A stretch of 54,364 bases of DNA from an uncultured bacterium. GTDB lineage: Bacteria; CSSED10-310; CAZUFC01. Below the pieces are notes generated by a model. That model had not been told where the DNA came from. It was given only the letters and a program-made list of their open reading frames with translations, and searched no databases. The translations under genes were made by a program, and so were the position numbers. The DNA lies in the NCBI GenBank assembly GCA_964619725.1, contig CAZUFC010000053.1:1-54364 (forward strand), given 5' to 3'. Positions 37,502 through 48,351 of this stretch are shown piece after piece (within the stretch, counting starts at the first letter, position 1; each line of letters starts with the position of its first letter).

Positions 37502-38497
37502 TTATCGGATCAATGTGAACTCGGTCTGTTCCGACATCCACCGGCGCGCCTGGTCGATCTCTGCATCAGAATAACCCGGGCCGACGCTCTCTATCGGAAA
37601 ATCTTCAATACACTGAGCAAGAAGGTCCAGGGCATACTGGCAGTATCTGATGCCCTTGTCTGTCTCCTTTACCGGCGGCAAACGCTTTCCGCTGTTCAGA
37701 TATTCCTGGAGAACCGGAATGATCGCGGGACGCCGAATATACGCCAGGTCCCTTAACAACCGGGAAACGCGTAATATATCGTCTGGTTCGGCCTGTACTC
37801 GTTCGATACACTGAGTAATGCGTTTTTCAACCCCCATACGCGCATTCGCTAAACCCGCACTCCACGATAAACTGCCGTACCATCTGCCCGCATCAGGACT
37901 CACCGCTCCCGGACCGTCTTCGTGAATAAGACCCCGGAAGAGCTCAATCTGATCCGTCATTTGAGCAATTCCAGCCAGCAGAATAAATTCGGAACGCATT
38001 GAATTCGACAAGAGCCCCCGTATGGCTTCTTTGGCAGACTCCGTAAAATCGACTTCCCTGAATGAATGAAGATACTCTGCTGCATTCTGCCAAACCAGAA
38101 GGCTCTCGTCGGCGCATGCATCAGTCAGTATCTCAACCGCTTTCCGTCTCATTGTTAAATCATCCGCATCCTTCGCCGCTGTCCAGGCAACTCCGATTGC
38201 AGTCCAGCGAACTTTTTCGGAAGGATCATCCAGGTAAGGCCCAAGTGACTCCAGGACCTCCAGGTCCGTAGAAGCTTTATCGACTATATTCCGGATATCA
38301 ATGGAAACGGAATTGCCCTGCTTCGTCTGTTCCATCAATTCCTCCAACCTTTCTGCAGTATCCCCGGCGGATGCCGCAGACCACGGCGTGAAACCGCTAA
38401 GCGGAATCAGCGCAGAGACGCAAATGATTAAAACCGGATAAGAAAATTTCATGATGCCGCTTCTCCCAACACCAGAAGACAATGCCTTAAATTTCAT
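37502..38497 (-). CDS. Exported HEAT-repeat-like protein
   Basis: Signal-like N-terminus; LDDPSEKVRWTA, CADESLLVWQNAA helical repeats; ends 14 nt upstream of the protease start. Confidence 0.6.
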   Translation of the reverse strand: MKFKALSSGVGRSGIMKFSYPVLIICVSALIPLSGFTPWSAASAGDTAERLEELMEQTKQGNSVSIDIRNIVDKASTDLEVLESLGPYLDDPSEKVRWTAIGVAWTAAKDADDLTMRRKAVEILTDACADESLLVWQNAAEYLHSFREVDFTESAKEAIRGLLSNSMRSEFILLAGIAQMTDQIELFRGLIHEDGPGAVSPDAGRWYGSLSWSAGLANARMGVEKRITQCIERVQAEPDDILRVSRLLRDLAYIRRPAIIPVLQEYLNSGKRLPPVKETDKGIRYCQYALDLLAQCIEDFPIESVGPGYSDAEIDQARRWMSEQTEFTLIR

Positions 38498-38705
38498 CTC
38501 ACCATCCCTCCCTCTTTCCTGTGGTGATTAATTAATGAGGATCGAGCCTGAAGACATCCTCATTTGCATTAGTGAATAATCAATCCCAAGATTAATGAAA
38601 AAACGCCGAATGTCAAGCTTAGTTGCCGTAATCCGCCGCTTCTTTACAGAAAAACGTTTCATTGTTAACATTACGGGTCCCGATTGCATGAGAGGTTGAA
38701 AAACG

Positions 38706-39254
38706 ATGAAAGATCACATAGGCAGAGAAGAAGTCACAAGAGAGGGTTATCTTCAGGTTTACACAGGTGATGGTAAAGGCAAGACTACAGCAGCAATCGG
38801 ATTGGCGATACGAGCTGCCGGGGCCGGTATGAGGGTGCTGTTGGCGCAATTCGTCAAGGGGATGAAATACAGTGAGATCAGTTTGCTGGAGCGGCTTGAC
38901 GATCTCATCACAGTGAAACAGTATGGTCGGGAATGTTTTATTTACAGGAAGGCTGAGAAAGAAGACGTGGAAGCCGCCCGTTCAGGCCTGCATGAAGTTG
39001 AAGCGGCATTAGTAAATGGAATGTATGATCTGGTTATTCTGGATGAAGCATCCATAGCCGTTCATTACGATTTGTTCAATGCCCGGGAATTGCTTCGGGT
39101 TATTTCAAAAAGGAAAAAAGAATGCGAAGTGGTGGTAACTGGAAGGAAAGCCCCGCCGGAACTCATTGAAGCCGCCGATCTGGTCACGGAAATGAAGGAG
39201 GTAAAGCATTATTATCGCCGGAAAGTCAAAGCCAGGAAGGGCATAGAATGTTGA
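38706..39254 (+). CDS. cobO: Cob(I)yrinic acid a,c-diamide adenosyltransferase (CobO/BtuR)
   Basis: YTGDGKGKTTAAIG, QFVKG, LDEA, TGR.AP, ADLVTEM..KH, RKGIE. Confidence 0.92.
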   Translation: MKDHIGREEVTREGYLQVYTGDGKGKTTAAIGLAIRAAGAGMRVLLAQFVKGMKYSEISLLERLDDLITVKQYGRECFIYRKAEKEDVEAARSGLHEVEAALVNGMYDLVILDEASIAVHYDLFNARELLRVISKRKKECEVVVTGRKAPPELIEAADLVTEMKEVKHYYRRKVKARKGIEC

Positions 39255-39442
39255 ACGGCAAGGGCTTCGACGGAACTAAGCAGCAGGATCATTAGGAAGA
39301 TTTGAAAAAATCGGAAGCGTTAATGTAGCTGTTGCTATAAATTAATGACCGTATCCGAATTTCCCCGCTCCTGTCCCTTTCTGACTTCCGAGAATTTCGC
39401 TCTTCATCTCGCCGGTCAATGCTTCCCAGAAAACAATGACCG

Positions 39443-41803
39443 TCAATCGACTTCTTGCATGAGTCGGACTATTTCCCTTTTCAATTCATTTATTGTAAAA
39501 GGTTTCGTCAGTTTGCCCGTAAAACCGTATTCGGTATAATTAGCCAGTACCGGACCTGAAGCATATCCGCTGGAGACGATCACTCGCGCTGCAGGGTCCT
39601 TTTCGAGAAGCTCCTTGACAGTTTCAGCGCCTCCTTTGCCTCCCGGAACCGTCAGGTCCATGATCACCAGATCATAGGCATCGCCGGACTCTCTTGCGCC
39701 ATCGTATTTCTTCAGGGCTTCGGAGCCTTCAGCCGCAACGTCTACAGTATGACCCAGGAATTCAAGCATTTCCGAGCCTATGTTTCTGATAATTTCTTCA
39801 TCATCCATCAGGAGTATATGAAGATTAGAAGAAAGATTCGTCTTTCCATCGGTATCGGGCGTTTCATGAATTTTTTTCGTTTCTGTTTTGCGGGCAGCAG
39901 GGAGATATATCGTAAAAACAGAGCCTTCTTCCGGCTTGGATTGGACTTCAATTTTGCCGTTGTGCTGGTCTATGATGCTGTTAACAACGGCCAGGCCTAA
40001 TCCGTGACCCGTATCTTTCGTACTGAAATAGGGGTCGAAAATTCGATCAATATGCTTAGGCGCAATACCGGTCCCTTGATCGCGGATAGCGATTCGAACA
40101 AAATCCCCGGTCGGATCAATCGTTGCGGCCTCCTCCGTCCCGGATAAATTTTGGCCTTCGACCTGCAATATTCCACCGCCGGGCATAGCCTGTTTCGCGT
40201 TGACCGTCAGATTCGCAAGCACCTGACCGATTTGTCCTTTATCCGCAATAATGGACCACAATCCATCCTGCAGATTGAATTCAGCCATGACATTGCTGCC
40301 GCGAAGATTGAATTCGACGGTATCGCGCACAAGCTTGTCAGTATTGACCGTATCCAGCACAGGAGCGCCGCCTTTTGAGAAGGTGAGTAGTTGTCCAGTC
40401 AACCGGCGTGCATCCGCAATCGTTTCGTGCGCTTTACGAAGGTAGTATCCGGCCTGCGAATCTCCGGGCATTTCCATCTGTGCCAGTTCCAGGTTCCCGA
40501 AAATAGCCGTCAACAAGTTATTGAAATCGTGCGCGATGCCTCCCGTGACCGTACCCAGCTCCTCAATTTTTTGCATCCGCCGTATTTGTTCATACGCTCT
40601 TTTGCGTTCAGTTATATCGACGATGCTTACGATGATTCCACGGGACGGCTCTTCTGGGTCCAATAAGTTTACCCGGGTAAACCCCTCGAAAAATGAACCG
40701 TGCTGAGTGCGAAACCGCGCATCAAATTCAATAGGCTGAGAAGCCTTTTGCCTCTGATATGTGATCAGGCCGATGCGGCGGTACTCAGCCTCATCCGCAT
40801 ACAACATCGCTGTGTCTTTGCCCACATAATGACTCTCATCTGTGAATCCGAACATCTTTACCATCGCATCGTTCGCCCAGACTATTTTACGGTCCACCGC
40901 ATGAGCCAGTCCCACAGAAGAAGCCTGTAATATGTTGCGCATCATCTCCTGGCTTCTTTTCAGCGCTTCCCGTATTTCATATTCATTCGTCACATCCCTG
41001 AATACCAGAACTATGCCTGTCAAAGAACCGTCGTCGTCTATTATCGGAGCGCCGGAATCCGCTATCTGATATTCTGCTCCGTCCCTGGCGATGAGCATAG
41101 TGTGATTCGCCAGGCCGACAATTTTTCCGGTTTCCAGGACCTTTTTGAACGGGGATTCCAACGTTTCGCCTGTCTTGGAGTTAACGATTTTGAAAACTTC
41201 GTCCAGCTCCTTTCCCCGAGCGCTCTCGATATCCCAGCCAGTAAGTCTCGATGCAACAGGATTTATACGTGCTATTTTTCCCTCTATATCTGTCGAGATT
41301 ACCGCGTCTCCGATTGATGCCAGGGTCGTGCGGAGATTCTCTTCTTTTTCTCTCAGCGACATTTCAGCTCTTTTATGCTCGGTAATGTCCCTTACCGATT
41401 CGATCACCCCGGTTATCTTTCCGACGGCATTCCTCATGGGATAAGACGTCAGATAAATCCAACCCTGAGGATTCTTTTCATCCGGATAGGGAACCTCAGA
41501 AGCTCTTTTTTCTCCCGTTTCAAGAGTGTAAACAGAAGGACACCATGGACATACGGTTTCTCTGTCCTGATATGCCTGATAACATTTTTTCCCTTCCAGC
41601 GGACATTTATGAGCATACATCTCTTCCATCCACTTGTTCACGCGTACTATATTCAGGTCTGAATCAAGCACGCTGAGGCCGTCCTGGATCGCATCGAAGA
41701 TGTTCTGAAGCAAGACTGTATTTTCCTGTATCGGTTCTTTGTCCGTTTTATTCTCTTTTTCGCTGTTTCTGATTAAATTGCCTTCCGCTCCGTCACCATT
41801 CAT
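39443..41803 (-). CDS. Cytoplasmic PAS-domain hybrid sensor histidine kinase (3 PAS + HisKA + HATPase + REC)
   Basis: GIAHDFNNLL, NLTVNAKQA, DQGTGI, FDPYFSTK, GLGLA, LLMDDE...MDLT; ATG 41803 after AGGAG. Confidence 0.92.
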   Translation of the reverse strand: MNGDGAEGNLIRNSEKENKTDKEPIQENTVLLQNIFDAIQDGLSVLDSDLNIVRVNKWMEEMYAHKCPLEGKKCYQAYQDRETVCPWCPSVYTLETGEKRASEVPYPDEKNPQGWIYLTSYPMRNAVGKITGVIESVRDITEHKRAEMSLREKEENLRTTLASIGDAVISTDIEGKIARINPVASRLTGWDIESARGKELDEVFKIVNSKTGETLESPFKKVLETGKIVGLANHTMLIARDGAEYQIADSGAPIIDDDGSLTGIVLVFRDVTNEYEIREALKRSQEMMRNILQASSVGLAHAVDRKIVWANDAMVKMFGFTDESHYVGKDTAMLYADEAEYRRIGLITYQRQKASQPIEFDARFRTQHGSFFEGFTRVNLLDPEEPSRGIIVSIVDITERKRAYEQIRRMQKIEELGTVTGGIAHDFNNLLTAIFGNLELAQMEMPGDSQAGYYLRKAHETIADARRLTGQLLTFSKGGAPVLDTVNTDKLVRDTVEFNLRGSNVMAEFNLQDGLWSIIADKGQIGQVLANLTVNAKQAMPGGGILQVEGQNLSGTEEAATIDPTGDFVRIAIRDQGTGIAPKHIDRIFDPYFSTKDTGHGLGLAVVNSIIDQHNGKIEVQSKPEEGSVFTIYLPAARKTETKKIHETPDTDGKTNLSSNLHILLMDDEEIIRNIGSEMLEFLGHTVDVAAEGSEALKKYDGARESGDAYDLVIMDLTVPGGKGGAETVKELLEKDPAARVIVSSGYASGPVLANYTEYGFTGKLTKPFTINELKREIVRLMQEVD

Positions 41804-42098
41804 TGAGATACTCCTGTGACAAAAAATACTATTCAATGATTGATATCAGTCCGGCCGCTTTCACAACAATGCCCCTGGCGCTTGATTTAGTTTGCCTTTC
41901 GTCAAATTCAGCTTCAGAGCACATTGCTTTTCTCAATTCGATTACCTCAGCAATCAACTCTTTTTATTATAATAGTCAGTATTCCGATCTTCAATGTCTT
42001 TCTCTGTTCGCCTCTGCCGAACTGCATTATGCCTGCGTTAGAGTTCAATCCCTATCGGATTGCTTTTGTCTCAGCCTAATTCAACTTGCTTTGTCGCC

Positions 42099-42905
42099 TT
42101 ATTGACTCATATCCAACCGCCATTTAGGCGAACGTTTTTCAAGAAAAGCTTTCATTCCTTCCTGCGCTTCATCAGAAATGCGCATGCGGGCTATGACGTC
42201 AGCGGTATGATCATAGGCTGTTTTGAGGTCCATTTCAGGGACTTTGATGAAAAGCTCCTTGCATACCGCTATAGCCCGTGGACCGCATAAACACAGCTCC
42301 TTTGCTTTTTCATGCGTGAATTCCAATAATTCGTTATGAGTCACTATGTAATTTATCAGGTTTATTTTCAACGCTTTATCCGGTTTAAAGCGCATGCCGG
42401 TTATGAACAGCTCCTTCAATGCGCCCTGGCCCACTTTTTTCATCAAATAGGGCGATATGCAAGCGGGAACCAGGCCTATTCTGACTTCGGAAAGACTGAA
42501 CCGGGCTTTTTCCGATGCTATCACTATGTCGGAGGCTCCAACGAAACCCATTCCTCCTCCAATGGCAGCGCCGTTTACAGCAGCTATTACAGGTTTTTTC
42601 AAGGTGTAGATTTTATGAAATATCTTTGAGATCATGAGGGAATCTTTGAGGTTTTCTTCGTAGGAGTAGTCCACCATTTTTTTCATCCAGTTAAGGTCGG
42701 CGCCGGCGGAAAAGGATTTGCCTTGACCCGTGAAAACGACGACGCGGATGTCATCATCGCCGGCATCATTAACGGCGTCGAGTATGTCGACCAGTTCGGA
42801 CAACATGGCGTCATTGAAGGCGTTGTGGACATCGGGACGATTCAGCCAGATGGTGATGATATGATCCTTCAGTTCATATTTCAGAGTTTCATATGTTTTA
42901 TTCAT
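42099..42905 (-). CDS. liuC: Crotonase-family enzyme, 3-methylglutaconyl-CoA hydratase (LiuC) type
   Basis: FSAGADLNWM, GGGMGFVGASD (first Glu absent), SEVRIGLVPACISPY, typical of bacterial LiuC-type hydratases. Confidence 0.7.
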   Translation of the reverse strand: MNKTYETLKYELKDHIITIWLNRPDVHNAFNDAMLSELVDILDAVNDAGDDDIRVVVFTGQGKSFSAGADLNWMKKMVDYSYEENLKDSLMISKIFHKIYTLKKPVIAAVNGAAIGGGMGFVGASDIVIASEKARFSLSEVRIGLVPACISPYLMKKVGQGALKELFITGMRFKPDKALKINLINYIVTHNELLEFTHEKAKELCLCGPRAIAVCKELFIKVPEMDLKTAYDHTADVIARMRISDEAQEGMKAFLEKRSPKWRLDMSQ

Positions 42906-43226
42906 TATTTACCTCTCTTTGTTCCGGATTTTATCGATTATTGCTAAAAAGTGAGAGCACGGCGTTGATCAAAAAGTCGCAGCGCCACTCCGTTCCGGCA
43001 TGCCGAGTAAAAATGAGTTTGTGGAGAGCCGCCTGCTATTTCAAAGTCAGCATTTCTTTACTGGGTTTTTGTGCTCGAACACATTGAAGCGGTAGCCGGG
43101 ACGAACAAAAAGCGTTTTTTCCAAGTCACGTTATGGACAAGTATCCGCAGATCGCAGCAACATTTTCCGATTTCGCCGGCGGCTTTGTTAAGAGAATCTC
43201 TTGCATAGGCGCTTGAACGACATTAT

Positions 43227-44396
43227 TTATTTAACGTCGTAGCATCCGATGTGTCTGGATATGACGAGTCGCAGGATTTCCGAAGTGCCTTCGCCGATTT
43301 CCAGGATTTTCTGGTCGCGGTAGAATCTTTCTATGTCGTATTCTTTCATAAGTCCGTAGCCGCCGTGCAGTTGAACGCCGGCATTGACGCATCGGTAAGC
43401 GACTTCTGAGCAGTAAAGTTTGGCCATGGATGCGAATTTTTTATATTCTTTTCGACCCTGGTCGCAGAGCCAGGCGGCTTTGTAGAGGAGCATTCTGGCG
43501 GCTTCAATTTCGACGTGCATATCTGCTAATTTGAACGAGTTGATCTGGAAAGTGGAGATGTGTTTATTGAACTGTTTTCGTTCTTTAGCGTAGTTCAGGC
43601 CCAGTTCAAAAGCGCCTTGAGCGCATCCCAGGCCCATGGCGGCGATGGATAGCCTTCCTCTGTCGAGAGTATCCAGCATTTGATGGAAGCCTTCGCCCTG
43701 TTTGCCCAGCATATTTTTTTCGGGCACGCGCACATCGTCAAAGAAGAGTTCGGAAGTAATGGAGGACCTCCAGAGCATTTTATCGTGCAGGGTATTGGCG
43801 GTGAATCCTTTTGTGCCGTTATCCACGATAAAGCAGGTATATTCTTTTCTGCCGTCGGGCCTTGTTCCTGTAACAGCTTGAACTGTGACGCCGAGGCAGG
43901 CATCGGTGGAGGCGTTGGTGATGAACATTTTGGAGCCGTTGATGACCCATTCGTTACCGTCTTTGACGGCCTTTGTTTTGGTACCGCCTGCGTCGGAGCC
44001 TGCGTCCGCTTCTGTCAGGCCGAATCCCCAGACATATTCGCCGGTGCATAACGGCGGCAGGTATTTCTTTTTCTGCTCTTCATTGCCGAAATAATATAAT
44101 GGGCCAATACCTAAGGAATTATGTGCGGCAACCGTGGCTGCCTGAGAACTGTCTACGCGGGCCAATTCTTCCACCGCAACCATATAAGGAATATAACCGA
44201 AACCGCATCCGCCGTATTCCTCCGTAACGCCGAATCCGAACAGTCCCAATTCGCCCATCTGCCTGGTGATTTCCGGAGAAAATTCCTCCTTTTCATCCAG
44301 TTCCCGCGCTTTGGGTCTTATGACCTCTTCAGCGAATTTTCTGACTGTTTCCCTCATAATTAATGCATCTTCCGACAAATCAAAATTCAAAGCCAT
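43227..44396 (-). CDS. Acyl-CoA dehydrogenase (probably isovaleryl-CoA/3-methylcrotonyl-CoA from context)
   Basis: FGLTEADAGSD, GRLSIAAMGLG, QLHGGYG, EIGEGTSE. Confidence 0.85.
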   Translation of the reverse strand: MALNFDLSEDALIMRETVRKFAEEVIRPKARELDEKEEFSPEITRQMGELGLFGFGVTEEYGGCGFGYIPYMVAVEELARVDSSQAATVAAHNSLGIGPLYYFGNEEQKKKYLPPLCTGEYVWGFGLTEADAGSDAGGTKTKAVKDGNEWVINGSKMFITNASTDACLGVTVQAVTGTRPDGRKEYTCFIVDNGTKGFTANTLHDKMLWRSSITSELFFDDVRVPEKNMLGKQGEGFHQMLDTLDRGRLSIAAMGLGCAQGAFELGLNYAKERKQFNKHISTFQINSFKLADMHVEIEAARMLLYKAAWLCDQGRKEYKKFASMAKLYCSEVAYRCVNAGVQLHGGYGLMKEYDIERFYRDQKILEIGEGTSEILRLVISRHIGCYDVK

Positions 44397-44492
44397 TATT
44401 TCCTCCTCGTTTCAGCATGCTGCAAGTCGTCAGTCGATAATCGCCCGCAAATGAGACGGATTAAACGTCGCTTTGCGAGAATATTAAAAGTG

Positions 44493-45092
44493 TTATTCAA
44501 TAACGAATAACGGTTCGCCTAATTTAACTTCCTGTGAATCTTCCACAAAGATTTTCTTTATTTTGCCTCTCTCTGAATTATCCGTTCCCTGAAAAATGAT
44601 ATGGTTGAATGTTTTCATCACTTCGATCAAGCCGAGCGCCTTTCCTTTTTCTATTTCCTGTCCGACCGAAACGAAAGGGGGAGCATCAGGAGAGGGTTTG
44701 GCGTAGAAAACGCCAGTGGTGAAAGCCGTCACCACGAACCCTTCTTCATGAATGTCGGATTCCGTCTCTTGACTATCGATTTCTGCATCCTGAAAGGTTT
44801 CTCCCTTGCGGAGCAGGGCTTTTTCCGTGTTAAGCCGGAAAAGTTCCTGGCCGTATTCAACGGGAATGACCAGATCGGCCTTTTCATTGGCGTTAACTTC
44901 GCCGGAGATATTGGAAGGCAGGTGCAGGTCATAGTACGTGTTAAGAATTTTAATTTTTCCGGCGAAAGCGCCGCCGGTGAGGAACGAATGATTTCCGGGT
45001 CTTTCAGAATAGTATCCGACGCCGGGCGCTAAAACAATATGCCTCTCTTCATTTTTATCCAAAAGAACTTCCATTTTGCGTTCAGCAGTCAT
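44493..45092 (-). CDS. Biotin carboxyl carrier protein with an extra N-terminal biotinyl-like domain
   Basis: C-terminal IEVMKT biotinylation motif, GVFY..PSPDAPPFV; ATG 45092 after GGAGG. Confidence 0.85.
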   Translation of the reverse strand: MTAERKMEVLLDKNEERHIVLAPGVGYYSERPGNHSFLTGGAFAGKIKILNTYYDLHLPSNISGEVNANEKADLVIPVEYGQELFRLNTEKALLRKGETFQDAEIDSQETESDIHEEGFVVTAFTTGVFYAKPSPDAPPFVSVGQEIEKGKALGLIEVMKTFNHIIFQGTDNSERGKIKKIFVEDSQEVKLGEPLFVIE

Positions 45093-45093
45093 A

Positions 45094-46836
45094 TCAACCT
45101 CCCTGGCTTCCGGATAAAGCCTCAATATCATGCAGGGACCAAATACGCGGGTTTTTGACCCTGCGGTAACCTGTCGCCTGATAAGACATTTCGATCATCG
45201 TTTCCAGGTAAGGGCGCAGCTCGTGCAGCAAAATAATTTCATCGCTGTCCAACTGCCGAGCTGAAAGAATGGGGTCCATATCCTTGGTTATGCGCCTTTC
45301 GACTTCTTCCATACCCTTTTTAACGGCCTGTCGCTCCTGTTCGTTTTCAGCAATAATATTAAAATCGTCGTCGAGTCTCGTTCTGTAAGCGCCGATAGCG
45401 AGCGTTCTTCCTTCCATGACGGCGAGTCGTGAAAGGGGTGTGGAGAGTTGGACGATGGGTTCGTATGGTCTGCCGTTCATGGCGTAATATCCGGCTCCTG
45501 AAGCTTTTCGAAGGAGGACGGTAATGACCGGCACGGTATTGGTGGAATTGGTGTAAAGGAGATTGGAGCCCCAACCGAGGAGGCCGGTTTTTTCAGCTTC
45601 GGGACCGATGTCGAAACCGGCAATATCCTGAAGCCAGATAATGGGAACGCCGTCGCTGTTGCAAGCCCTGGCGAAAGTGGTTATCTTGGCGATGCCGTCC
45701 CTGTAAAGCAATCCACCGGACCGTTTTTCGCCCCGATGGATGGTGTGTTCGGTCAAATTCTGGTTGTTCGTTATAAAACCGGCGTAAAGTCCGTTGATTT
45801 TTCCTATGCCGGTGATAATTTCCTTGCCCCTGTCCGGAAACAATTCCCAGAAAAGCGAATTGTCCGTCAGCCTGGCGATGACCTGCCTGGAATCATAGGT
45901 GACCCTGTAATCCGAAGGGAATATACCCTCTATCTCTTCCGGATCATAAAGTGGCGGAGCCGGTTCCTGTCCGTAGCAGTAATACTCGATCCCTGAAGAG
46001 GGCAGTTTGGCGATTTCTTCACGAATTTTCGTCAGGCAGGTTTCGTCGTCAGGAGCCCTGTGGTCGGCGCAATTGGAAATATTAACGTGGATGTCGGGTC
46101 CTCCGATCGTCAGCGAGGTTATTTTCTGACTTTTTCCTCCTTTGACGAGAGCCGCTCCGGCGATCACCATGTAGGCCTGTTCGGTCATATAGACCACATC
46201 GCTTATGATCGGCATATAACCGCCGCCGGCAATGCAGTCTCCGAAAACGCCGGCTATTTGGGGTACCTGTTGAGCGCTCAGCAACGCGTTCATTTTAAAA
46301 ATATAACCCGCTCCCGTTTTCCCGGCGAAAGTCCTGGATTGTTCCGGAAGGTAAAGTCCGCTGCAATCGATAAGATAGACGACGGGAATTCGCAGACGCA
46401 GCGCAATTTCCTGCGCTCTTTCAATTTTTTCCGGGGTAAGCGGCCACCAGGAACCGGAAGCGACTGTATTATCGTTAGCTATGACGACTACGTACCTGTT
46501 CTGAATCTTAACGAATGCCGTGATCACGCCGGCGCCCGGCGCCTTGCGTCTGGCGCTTCCTTCGCCGAATTCGATGCCGAAATTGACGAACGTGCCTATG
46601 GGGAAGACCCTGCTGCCGGCATCCTTTAATAATTCTATCCGTTCCCAGGTGGTGAGTTTGCCCTTTTTATGCACGCGGTCGACATATTTTTGTCCCCAGC
46701 CGGCCCTCACTTCAGCTCGTTTCTCCAGATATCCCTCATTCAATTTCTTCATATGGTCCATGTTTTTAGTGAATTCCCGCGTATCCATAAAGTTCTCTAC
46801 AGGAGAACCGATACGTTCCAACAACACTTTGGCCAT
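45094..46836 (-). CDS. Acyl-CoA carboxylase carboxyltransferase (MccB/LiuB-like, fused alpha/beta)
   Basis: [41 protein letters not shown]. Confidence 0.85.
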   Translation of the reverse strand: MAKVLLERIGSPVENFMDTREFTKNMDHMKKLNEGYLEKRAEVRAGWGQKYVDRVHKKGKLTTWERIELLKDAGSRVFPIGTFVNFGIEFGEGSARRKAPGAGVITAFVKIQNRYVVVIANDNTVASGSWWPLTPEKIERAQEIALRLRIPVVYLIDCSGLYLPEQSRTFAGKTGAGYIFKMNALLSAQQVPQIAGVFGDCIAGGGYMPIISDVVYMTEQAYMVIAGAALVKGGKSQKITSLTIGGPDIHVNISNCADHRAPDDETCLTKIREEIAKLPSSGIEYYCYGQEPAPPLYDPEEIEGIFPSDYRVTYDSRQVIARLTDNSLFWELFPDRGKEIITGIGKINGLYAGFITNNQNLTEHTIHRGEKRSGGLLYRDGIAKITTFARACNSDGVPIIWLQDIAGFDIGPEAEKTGLLGWGSNLLYTNSTNTVPVITVLLRKASGAGYYAMNGRPYEPIVQLSTPLSRLAVMEGRTLAIGAYRTRLDDDFNIIAENEQERQAVKKGMEEVERRITKDMDPILSARQLDSDEIILLHELRPYLETMIEMSYQATGYRRVKNPRIWSLHDIEALSGSQGG

Positions 46837-46860
46837 TTATTAATCCTCCATTTCCGCAGT

Positions 46861-48210
46861 TTATTCTATGATGTCGCTGAGAGAATTATTATGGTATTCG
46901 CCTTCTCTGAAAATTTTTGAATTGAGTATCTCCAGGTGGAGCGGTATGGTGGTTTTGATTCCTGTGATCTTAAAGCGATTCAATGCGTTGATCATGGTCC
47001 TGATGGCGTGGGTCCTGTCTTCACCATGCGCAATAATTTTGCATATCATTGAATCGTAGAATGTGGGTATTTCATAACCCGCTTTGACATGCGTATCGAG
47101 TCTTATTTTACCTGGTCCCTCCTGCAACGGAGGATTAAAGGTTTCTATAACGCCGGGCGACGGAGCGAAATTATTCTCCGGGTCCTCGGCATTAATGCGG
47201 CATTCAATGGCATGACCGCTGAAACCAACTTCTTCCTGTTTTATCGAAAGAGGATGTCCTGCAGCAATTTTTATCTGTTCAGCAACGATGTCGAAGCCGG
47301 TAATCATTTCCGTCACCGGATGTTCCACCTGCAGGCGTGTGTTCATTTCCATAAAGTAAAGGTTTTTGTCCTGATCCATGAGGAATTCGACCGTGCCGGC
47401 GTTGCGATAACCGATTTTATTTACGGCTTCAGCAACCAGGTTTCCCATTGAGTGTCGCTGTTCCGCGTCCACTGCTGGAGAAGGCGATTCTTCGATCAGT
47501 TTTTGATTTTTTCTTTGGATAGAGCATTCTCTTTCGCCCAGGTGTATGGAATTGCCGTAATCATCCGATAGAACCTGGAATTCGATATGCCTGCCTTTCA
47601 AAATCAATTTTTCCAGGTAAAGGTCGCCGCTTCCGAAGGCTTTTTCCGCTTCAATTTTAGCCTGATCGTAAAAAGTTTTCAGTTCGTCGTCATTATAGCA
47701 GGGCCTTATTCCTTTACCGCCGCCGCCGGCCGTCGCTTTCAGCAATACCGGATAGTTCAGTCGATTCGCCAGCTCCAGCGCCTGCTCCACACTTTTGATA
47801 TTGCCTTCCGATCCCGGAATAGTCGGCAATCCCGCCTGTTTTACGGTCTGTTTTGCTTCCGATTTGTTGCCCATAAGCCGGATGGCGCCGGAAGGAGGGC
47901 CGATGAATGTCAATTTCTGCTGCCGGCACATATAGGCGAATAAAGGGTCTTCAGCCATGAAGCCGAAACCGGGATGCACCGCCTGACATTCATGATTGAT
48001 TCCGGCCTGAAGAATGGCTTCTTTGTTAAGGTAACTGCGACTGCTGGGTCCCGGACCTATCCATACTTTGCGGTCCGCTTCGTTAAGGTGAGGAGAGTCT
48101 TTATCCGCGGTGGAGTAAACAGCAGCAGTTTCTATTCCCAACTTTCTGCACGCGTCGATGATGCGCAGCGCCACCTCGCCGCGATTGGCGATTAATATTC
48201 GTTTGAACAT
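46861..48210 (-). CDS. accC: Biotin carboxylase subunit
   Basis: ILIANRGEVA, HPGFGFMAE, KATAGGGGKG, ERECSIQR, EMNTRLQVEHPVTE, CRINAED. Confidence 0.92.
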   Translation of the reverse strand: MFKRILIANRGEVALRIIDACRKLGIETAAVYSTADKDSPHLNEADRKVWIGPGPSSRSYLNKEAILQAGINHECQAVHPGFGFMAEDPLFAYMCRQQKLTFIGPPSGAIRLMGNKSEAKQTVKQAGLPTIPGSEGNIKSVEQALELANRLNYPVLLKATAGGGGKGIRPCYNDDELKTFYDQAKIEAEKAFGSGDLYLEKLILKGRHIEFQVLSDDYGNSIHLGERECSIQRKNQKLIEESPSPAVDAEQRHSMGNLVAEAVNKIGYRNAGTVEFLMDQDKNLYFMEMNTRLQVEHPVTEMITGFDIVAEQIKIAAGHPLSIKQEEVGFSGHAIECRINAEDPENNFAPSPGVIETFNPPLQEGPGKIRLDTHVKAGYEIPTFYDSMICKIIAHGEDRTHAIRTMINALNRFKITGIKTTIPLHLEILNSKIFREGEYHNNSLSDIIE

Positions 48211-48351
48211 TTTGGCTATACCTCGTTTAAAAAAGAGTCACCGCAGAGTCCGCAGAGTCCTCCCTTACAGCCTGCTGCATGAAAAACTCAACGTTCTCCG
48301 CGGCGAGCGCTTTACAGAATAAAAACGTTCATTTCAGGGCCGGGGCTCAAT

